Shown one piece after another: positions 19,511-28,000 of a DNA stretch of 64,000 nt (position 1 is the first letter of the stretch; the number at the start of each line of letters is the position of its first letter). The stretch lies in assembly GCA_016840165.1 (NCBI GenBank), contig JAEOSU010000029.1:1-64000 (forward strand). The letters are read 5' to 3'. Origin of the DNA: Promethearchaeota archaeon. GTDB taxonomy: Archaea; Asgardarchaeota; Lokiarchaeia; Sigyniarchaeales; SOKP01. The notes beneath the pieces are model-generated. The model saw only the letters and a list, made by a program, of their open reading frames with translations, was not told the origin of the DNA and ran no database searches. The position numbers and the translations under genes were made by a program.

Positions 19511-21736
19511 TTATAAATTGAGTTTCTTTTTCCAGAACTCAATTTTATTTGCAGTGCTTTGCTGTAATGATAAAGGAATTAATCCCTCATTTACATTTAA
19601 TTCAATAATAGTCATTTCTATTGGATTTAATAGACTTATGTAACCAATATCATTTAATATTCTATTTTTCACATTCAACAAGATGCTACCTAACTGTTGT
19701 CCGGTTTTTGTAGCTAAACTGTCTCGTATGAAATCTAACTGTTGAGCTATTGTAAGATCCTTAAAGGATTCAGTAGTAGGTTTAGAAATTGTAGGAGAGG
19801 TTTTTGGTACCTGAGGTGAGGGAGGAACGAAGGTTTGCGCAGGTTTTACAGGGGTAGGTTGTCGATCCTCCTTAATTATAGGTTCAGATAACTCTGCCTG
19901 CAAGCCATAATTCTGAGTTGATTCTACTGACTTTACGGGGGTTGATTGTACGTCACTTTGTTTTGGGGGTATAAATTGACTAGTTGATGGAGACAGATCA
20001 GGAGTAGGGGTTTTTAGCGTTTTTTGTACATAAGATGCCCTAATAAGTGGAGCTGTTGCCTTTTGAGCTCCAACCCAAGCCTCTTCTAATACAGGTACAA
20101 ATATTTTGATATGTTGTTGAACAATACTTCCAATGCCTCCAATTTCTATTCGTTCTTGATTTCCTATCTCCGTTTTAGACAATATGCATAAAATTACTTC
20201 TTCATAATCTCTGTTGATTCCAAATAAATCTGCTTCAGTTCGATTTCTATAAGATACATTCTGCATTCCATCAAGTTGCTGCAAGAGATCCAAATGCTCA
20301 GGAATAGTTGCATCAATTTGTGTCGCAATTCGTATGTTTACATGTTTAGGTAAAGATTGTAGAAGAGAAATTTTTATTTCAGAGAGATCTGGTGCTACAA
20401 TTAATAGCCTCATCTTAGTTTTTGCAATTTCTTCATTAATATGAGCCCTTGCTCCCTCAAGGGAACGAATAAACCATATATCCTTCATGGACATTAATGA
20501 TTTCTTTTTTGCTTGATCCCAGAACTCCTTTGTGGTTATTTGACTGATTTCCAATCGCTTAAGAATTTTGATTAGTTCTTGATTTAGAGTATTAACTACC
20601 CTTGAAGAGAAAATATTTCGCAAATCTTCAAAGGAACTTAGAATTTGATTCGAAATTCCCTCCACTTTTTCTTCCGCATAAATCACGCTGTTACTAAATT
20701 CCTTAATTACCGTTGAAAATGTTTCTTCCAATGTTTCTCCTGTTTTAGCTGATGTTCCTATAATTTGATTCACATTATCGACAATATCTTTAATAAGGTC
20801 TCTAACCTTTACGATTAACTTTGTATTAAATCCTTCTACGATGATTTTCATCCGGGCATTTAATACACTATCGATGATTTGATGAACTGTCTTACTAATG
20901 ACTCCTAAATGCAACTCCTTTAAATTGTTTGCAATCATTTGCTTTATTTCTTCAAATTGTTGTTCAAGATCTTTTACTTGATCATCAATAATTGTCTTAG
21001 TATCGTTCTCAAGATTAGAGATAACTTCATTAACTTTTCTTATCTGCCCTATTATTTTGATTGCATTATCTACTTCTACTTTTTGCCCCTCTATTTGTGC
21101 TTCAATTTTGTCTTTCAAGCTTTTGATAAAATTTGTGTACTCATTAAGTTCATTAATCCCTTTACTTTTTGCTTCTAGTTGGGAAAATGATTCATTTAAT
21201 TGAGCGGGAGCAACTTCTTTTATCTCTCGGATATATTCATCAAAATTAGAAAGTTGTTTCATTAATGCTGCATATGGTGGTAAAGGAGCATAATGAGGTG
21301 TTGCACCAATAATTTCCCTATATAATCCTTTTTCTACAAATTTGTCCGCAATTTGTTTACACTCTTCTTTGTTTTTATCGATAAGTAATGATATCTCTCC
21401 CAATGATACCGCATCTCTTCCTGTAGTTAGGAAATACAATTGTATCTCATCTTCATTTAGTTGGATATCGCTTAATACTTGATAGGTTAATTCTTTAGAA
21501 TATGATACTTCTTTATCAATAAGCTCCTCAACCTTAAATTCACTAATTTCTAAGTTTTTGTCGAAATATACCACTAATCTATGAGGAGGTGTTCCATGGA
21601 TAGATTCCTTAATCAATGGAAATCTTGAGGTTTTTTGATATTCAGCTAGTGTAACAACAAATTTGACTTCAGATAAACATACTTTGCAGGTGGTACGTAT
21701 TTCTTTTTCGGTTTTATCTTGAAATAGGAAAGCCAT
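19511..21736 (-). CDS. TrmB-like wHTH + long coiled coil + PLD-like/TrmB sensor domain + Pro-rich linker protein
   Basis: LNEDEIQLYF...SLGEISLL...KFVEKGL...YAPLPP (TrmB-type HTH), heptad region, then IWFIRS...HINEEIAKTKMRLLIVAP...RDYEEV. Confidence 0.7.
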   Translation of the reverse strand: MAFLFQDKTEKEIRTTCKVCLSEVKFVVTLAEYQKTSRFPLIKESIHGTPPHRLVVYFDKNLEISEFKVEELIDKEVSYSKELTYQVLSDIQLNEDEIQLYFLTTGRDAVSLGEISLLIDKNKEECKQIADKFVEKGLYREIIGATPHYAPLPPYAALMKQLSNFDEYIREIKEVAPAQLNESFSQLEAKSKGINELNEYTNFIKSLKDKIEAQIEGQKVEVDNAIKIIGQIRKVNEVISNLENDTKTIIDDQVKDLEQQFEEIKQMIANNLKELHLGVISKTVHQIIDSVLNARMKIIVEGFNTKLIVKVRDLIKDIVDNVNQIIGTSAKTGETLEETFSTVIKEFSNSVIYAEEKVEGISNQILSSFEDLRNIFSSRVVNTLNQELIKILKRLEISQITTKEFWDQAKKKSLMSMKDIWFIRSLEGARAHINEEIAKTKMRLLIVAPDLSEIKISLLQSLPKHVNIRIATQIDATIPEHLDLLQQLDGMQNVSYRNRTEADLFGINRDYEEVILCILSKTEIGNQERIEIGGIGSIVQQHIKIFVPVLEEAWVGAQKATAPLIRASYVQKTLKTPTPDLSPSTSQFIPPKQSDVQSTPVKSVESTQNYGLQAELSEPIIKEDRQPTPVKPAQTFVPPSPQVPKTSPTISKPTTESFKDLTIAQQLDFIRDSLATKTGQQLGSILLNVKNRILNDIGYISLLNPIEMTIIELNVNEGLIPLSLQQSTANKIEFWKKKLNL

Positions 21737-21945
21737 CTTAAAAATTCAACTCAGTAATAAGTTTATGATTTTCATAGCCTTTTATTAAACAATAATAGAA
21801 CTAATTAATAAAATTATTTGATATACGGTTTTAGAGGTACTAATATTTTCTAAAACAAACTTTTTAATATTAAATTAAAGATATTTTAACTAAATAAAAA
21901 CTAATAGTGGTTTTAACTTAATTTTAGCAAGGATTGGGATTTTCT

Positions 21946-23574
21946 ATGGTAAAAAAGAAGTTATTTGAAAATTTATTCAATAATTTTCTCAATCAAAATA
22001 CCGAAGTTGAAGCATTAATTGTTTCAGATGAAGAGGGGCTTGTCATTGCAGGGGAAAAACGATTAGATATAGACATCGAAATAGTGTCATTTCTAACTGC
22101 TGTAATTAACCCCATTATTGAAAGAGTGAGAGAAGAATTTTCGTTTAAAAAATTTGGGACTGCAAGTATTGATACAGAAGAACATAGGTTGTTATTTATT
22201 TTAATTAATGAAGCAACTACATTAAGTTTAGTTATGAAAAGTATGGGTTCTATAGATGATATTGCCCCTTATGCTTATTTCCTCGCAGAAAAAACAGCTC
22301 AAATCCTTGATGCTGACGAAACTGAATTAGTAGAAATTGATATTCCCGATTTTAAATTTGCAGGAGGAATATTTGATTCAACTGAACGAATAAAAAATAT
22401 TATATATCAATCTAAAGTAGAACAAGGGGGAGTCTACAGATTTAAATTTATTGTGCTCGGGGATCATGAAGTTGGTAAAACATCAATTATTAGAAGATTT
22501 GTGGAAAATAGCTTTTTAGATAAATATCGAGCTACGATCGGATTAAATATATTATCTCATGATTTTGAAGCATTTGGAAATAAGATTAGTATCATGCTTT
22601 GGGACATCGGAGCTCAAAAATTTTTTAAGCGGTATCGTAAAACATATTATAATGGAGCCCAAGCAGCATTTATTGTATTTGATTTGACAAATAGAGAATC
22701 ATTTAATAATGTAACGTACTGGCATAATGAACTGAAGGAATTTATAGAGTATATAGATTTACCCATTATAATTGTGGGAAACAAAACAGATTTAGCCGAG
22801 CAACGAGTTGTAACCCAAGAAGAAGGCATTCAATTAGCAACAGACTTATCAAAATTATCAGGTCTCGTGGAAAGTACAACTTTATCTGATTATTCTGATC
22901 TTTCTAATCTTTCTGCTTCACAAACAAAAATTTCTTATATTGAAACAAGTGCAAAAACAGGTAACCGCGTCCAAGATGCATTTAATCTGATCTCCTATAA
23001 TTTTATTCTGGTATGTGAGGAGAAGGAACAACAACTGCTAAAAGAAAAAATCTTAGATGAGATTAACTCAATTATAGATATTAATAAAAGTCTTACCCTT
23101 ACTTTTTTAAATAGTTCCGAACTTTGGAATCCAACTTTACGAATTCTCTCTGAAATTGATGGTTTAGGAAAATTATCAGAAATTAAAGATAAAAAGAAAC
23201 AAAAGCAATATGAATATAATAGTGGATTAGTTTTGAAAAGCTTTATCTTTGATTCTTATAAAGTTGTCGATTCTGATGGTGTAGTTTGTATTTTCGATGC
23301 TCGAGAGAGAAAGAGTATAGATGAGAATTGGATAAACATCCTTTCTGATATTATTAATAATTTAAAGAAAAATAAGGTATTATCAGTGGGGATAAGGGTG
23401 TCTGATGAGAAAATTTGGTCGAAATTAATTGAAAGCTTTAAATTAGACGAAGAAGCCGAAGAAAGACTAGTTTCATTGTTATTTTTTCGGATTCAAAACG
23501 ATTCTTTGTTAGATGTTTATGAATTACTCTCTGCTACATTGAACACAATAAAAAATCTTAGTTTTAGCTATTAA
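21946..23574 (+). CDS. Roadblock + Rab-like GTPase + degenerate G-domain fusion
   Basis: VEALIVSDEEGLVIA (roadblock); GDHEVGKT, ATIG, WDIGAQ, NKTD, ETSAK; C-terminal DSDGVVCIFDA. Confidence 0.88.
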   Translation: MVKKKLFENLFNNFLNQNTEVEALIVSDEEGLVIAGEKRLDIDIEIVSFLTAVINPIIERVREEFSFKKFGTASIDTEEHRLLFILINEATTLSLVMKSMGSIDDIAPYAYFLAEKTAQILDADETELVEIDIPDFKFAGGIFDSTERIKNIIYQSKVEQGGVYRFKFIVLGDHEVGKTSIIRRFVENSFLDKYRATIGLNILSHDFEAFGNKISIMLWDIGAQKFFKRYRKTYYNGAQAAFIVFDLTNRESFNNVTYWHNELKEFIEYIDLPIIIVGNKTDLAEQRVVTQEEGIQLATDLSKLSGLVESTTLSDYSDLSNLSASQTKISYIETSAKTGNRVQDAFNLISYNFILVCEEKEQQLLKEKILDEINSIIDINKSLTLTFLNSSELWNPTLRILSEIDGLGKLSEIKDKKKQKQYEYNSGLVLKSFIFDSYKVVDSDGVVCIFDARERKSIDENWINILSDIINNLKKNKVLSVGIRVSDEKIWSKLIESFKLDEEAEERLVSLLFFRIQNDSLLDVYELLSATLNTIKNLSFSY

Positions 23575-23596
23575 AAAATGAAAAATTAAGTTATTT

Positions 23597-24850
23597 TTAG
23601 AGAATTACTTTCTCAGGATATGCAATTTCAAGTAATTCCAAGGCCAATTTAGCCACCTCAATCGGGATCTTTTTAGAACTGTCTTCGCTATGTAAGGCGT
23701 TTGTTATATTATCTAATAGGTATTCAGGAAAGAAAATTATCGGTTTTATGTCCGTTAATAGAAGTAACCATTCTTTCCCTTTCTGATCCTTAATCTCAGT
23801 TATAATATTAAGTTGAATTAAATCATCCAGAATCAGATCAATATCGGCAAACTCAGAAAAGATATTAGGAATTTTATCTCGTGGATAGAATTTTTGTCTA
23901 AGTACTGCAAAAAGATCATAAATATCTGGATTAAGTAAAATAGATGAAATCTTTTTTCTCTCCTCAATTGTTTGGTCTTTTGGGTTGTAGTTTGAGAAAA
24001 AGTCGACTACTTTTGATTCATATCTAGTTAGCAATTCATTTTTTGTCTGCTTCAAATGATCTAATAGTTCATAATTAGGGATTCGAATTAATTCTATATC
24101 TTTTGTTAAAAATAGATATTCTCCTTGGTCTTGTATTAATCCTGTACGTTTATCCCTTTTTCCTTTAATCCAGTCACGACGTACAAGATTCAGTTCTAAA
24201 AACGGCTCAAGTAAAACATCCATATTAGGATTTTCTTTTATCTTTTCTAAATCTTCTCTTACATCCTTTTTAGGTTTAGGGCTCTCTCGTAAAATTTTTA
24301 AGATTTCTAAGCGTTGATAGTTATTAAATATTAATGCCGCTTTCTGAATCTTATCAAGATTGGTGAGCCTTTTGATCTGAAATATCGTATATTTTAATTC
24401 ATTTTTAATATTATCATGAATCTTACTTATCAACGAGACTTGATTGGTTTTCTTAGAAGTCTCGAATGTTTCAAATAGGTAATACATTTTTTTTGATAAA
24501 TCTTTGATAATATCTTCATATTTACCTAAATCCTCATCAAGAGTGAAAATCAAAATAGTTAAATATTGAGTCCCACTCTCTGCTTGCATAAAGTATGAAC
24601 TCACTTGATATGATGTTTCTTTGAGTCGTCCTTGATAAAAGTTACTAAATCCTCCTACAATTTCATGAATGCTAGTGGTGTGATGGTAGAGTATTGAGAA
24701 TAAATCGCTTGTTGTGATTAACTCAGAGAAATTTTCCGCTGAAAAATCCCTATTTTCAAAAGCTAAAACGATAGGTTTAAAATCAGGTTTTACCTCTCCA
24801 GTAGGTTGCTGAATCAATAAAAATTCAAAGCTTAATATTGCTTCAATCAT
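23597..24850 (-). CDS. Putative longin/uDENN-like + tandem winged-helix protein
   Basis: N-terminal beta-beta-alpha-beta-beta-beta-alpha pattern; LEILKILRE...LLEPFLELNLV and LFAVLRQ...ILDDLIQLNII are wHTH-like. Confidence 0.6.
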   Translation of the reverse strand: MIEAILSFEFLLIQQPTGEVKPDFKPIVLAFENRDFSAENFSELITTSDLFSILYHHTTSIHEIVGGFSNFYQGRLKETSYQVSSYFMQAESGTQYLTILIFTLDEDLGKYEDIIKDLSKKMYYLFETFETSKKTNQVSLISKIHDNIKNELKYTIFQIKRLTNLDKIQKAALIFNNYQRLEILKILRESPKPKKDVREDLEKIKENPNMDVLLEPFLELNLVRRDWIKGKRDKRTGLIQDQGEYLFLTKDIELIRIPNYELLDHLKQTKNELLTRYESKVVDFFSNYNPKDQTIEERKKISSILLNPDIYDLFAVLRQKFYPRDKIPNIFSEFADIDLILDDLIQLNIITEIKDQKGKEWLLLLTDIKPIIFFPEYLLDNITNALHSEDSSKKIPIEVAKLALELLEIAYPEKVIL

Positions 24851-25092
24851 AATCTTTTCATTTTTTACTCATTTATTTGAAAAGAATAAAAAAGAATTCA
24901 TATTTAACTCTTATTCAAATTAAATATTTGAATTATTAAACTCTAAAATTTTGAAGAATTAGAGTCCGAAAGCTTATTTCTCACATTATTATGAATATTT
25001 CATAACTTGAATGTTATAGTACAAGCAATTAAATTCTAGTTATATTTTGATATATTTAATTAAAATTTTCACTACAACTTGAGGTATATCAA

Positions 25093-28000
25093 ATGAATCT
25101 TAAGAATAATAATAGAAAAAAAATGCAGAAAATCTTAATCCTCATGGTTCTATTTACCAGCCTTTTTTTAATTTCCTTTCCAAGAAACAATAACTTTGTT
25201 ACTTATGAACCTAAGTTTAGCGAACAAATTATTATGAATGAAAAACCAGAAACTAATGATTTGTCTTCTGAAAATAGTTTCACAGGTATTGGTGCACCTT
25301 GGAATGTGACTCATTATGGAAACCGAACAAAATCTGATTTGACAGTAAGCTTTAATAACAATTCCTATGATGATACTCATGCCCAAGTAGAACTATATGG
25401 ATGGGATGGGTACCAGTTAAATTCTTCAATATCAAACTTATACGATACACGAAACTGGGTTAACGGGACGTTTCACGCTGGTTCTTTTGGTGGTTCTCCT
25501 TCTGGCTCTGACGATAGTGATTATCTTGTTAATTGGACATTCGTTGATGGAGATATCGGACCAAATAATAATCCAACAAGCGGTAATTATTTTGACACAT
25601 CTTCGGGTAATTCTGACGGACAAGATTGCTTAGAGTTGAGGATTGATGCTGATTCTGGGGATTATGATGTTGGGGACGAATGTTCATGGGAAACTTCCGT
25701 TGATCTTGATAGGGGGGACGTTGAAGAGGCAAGGTTAAGTTTTTCAACCCGAGCATATTATAGTGATGGCTTTAATAATCATATGGTTTTACAAGTATTA
25801 GTTAATGATAAAGTTTTGTGGGGTAACGGTCTTGCATCAATTTTGGAAGCAAGCGGTAATCCTAGCTCACCACAATGGGGAGATTGGTACAAACCTCCAA
25901 CTATTTTATTAGATGTGAATGATGAAGATATCTTTCCCACAGGAGTTAAAAACTTGAATGTGACTTTTCAATTTAAAAGAGTCAGTGGAACTGCATCCGG
26001 TTATGCGGATTACTATACTGTCCTTTTCGATAATGTTTCATTAATCATAAAAGCGAAGGCAAAGCCAACACAACTTGAATTACAATTAAATAATGAAGAT
26101 ATCAATGATGGTTCAAATTATGGTGAAGGAAATCTTGGTGTTGTAGGTAATTGGAACGGAAGCATCCAATCATCTGTAGTTGCGAATTTCAGTAGCAATG
26201 CCAATTGGCCACTAACTTATGATGATAATGGAAATATATTAAGTTATAAAATTGAATTAGAAACCGATTTAAATTTATTCGCAACCAAATTAACCCCCGA
26301 ATCATATTATACTGCTGATCCTAGTATAGAATTTCAAGGATCTTCATTTAGCTCATCTAATAATAGTAATACTAGTTGGACTACCTATGCCCATATGGAA
26401 GTACCCGCTGGATATGAAGAAACTAATATGACAGTTGAATTTCCATCTGATTATAGTTTAACGGGAGTATTTTTCTCGCTAAATCCGAATTCAATTTCTC
26501 AAACTTCAATAACTACCTATGGAAATAAAAAAGTAGTGAATATACCCGTGAGTTCAATCACGAGTAATACCAATGGGTTTTGGAGGTTAACAGCTTTATC
26601 CCCAAATTATTGTGAAGAATTAAACATATATAACAATAATACTGGTGATTGGGAGCTTGATACACAATTTTTAAGTGGAGAATATATAAATATTACGGGG
26701 AAAATCAACAATTCTCTTGGTTATATTCAACAAACCAAAGCTCAGCTTCAAATAAGATTTCCAAACGGTACAATTTGGATAGAGCAAAGTCAATGGCACT
26801 CTATTGAGACTACCGGATGGATTTATTTCGATCCTATAAGGATACCTAGTGATATCCCTTTTTACGAAGTGGGAGAGTATGAAGCAATCATTACATGGAA
26901 TAATACATATTCCTCCTTTGGTCTAAATGAGTCTGGAGTCATTTACAAGACGTTCACAGTTATCCATGATTCACTCCTTTATCCCGACCAAGGTACTTTT
27001 TTCATAGATAATGTACTTGATGATAGAATCATTAATATAAAAGTCTCATTTAACGATTTAATAGATAATACAGCAATAGATTACGCATTAGTTTATACAA
27101 ATTTTACTGGAACAGTTGAAACATTAGATAGAATAAGTCCAGGTTTTTACCTATACGAATTTAATGCTAGTAAAGCTAAACCGGGAAATAATACTGTAAC
27201 AATTTATGCTAATCATTCATTTTATCTTAACAAGGCTATCGATATTACAGTTTATGTCATTGCGCAAACCATTCTTACAGCAGAGGAATATCCAAGTTTA
27301 GAAGTTACCTGGAATAATAATTTTATTGTCCATCTTAATTACACTTATGAATCAAATGGGACTGGCATTGAAAATGCGGATCTTACAATTGAGTGGAACG
27401 GAGAGCAATCACTGATGTCAGGTAATGGATTGTATAATCTTACGCTTAATAGTTCACTTTATGAGATAAACAAGGTATATAATCTCATAATAACATTCAA
27501 TAAAATTGGACATGAAGAGCAAACAATGATTATATCCATTGGAATAGTACCAAGAGAAACTGAAATTGCGAGCATTTTTATCAACGGTATAGACTGCACA
27601 GCTAACAAATCTTATAATATACGATCTGGACAACTCTTAAACTTTAACATCACATATAATGATCTCGAAGCTTCAGGTTCCTTTATTAAGGGCGCCATAG
27701 TTACTCTAAATAAAACTACTGAAATTGGGGAAATTTTTGATGAAAATCCTACATATTATAACTTAACCTTAGACTCGATATATTTAGGAGTTGGGACATC
27801 GTTTATTAACATAATAGCTACAAAGACAAATTATACTTCTACAATTGTACTTCTTACTATAAATGTTTTTGAAAGGAGTACAGATTATAAAATCTATTTG
27901 GATGAAGAGGACTATACAACCAATCCTGCAATAACAACATATCCCGATCAATTCATTAACCTTACCGTTTCCTATATAGATACTATTACAAGCCTGTTTA

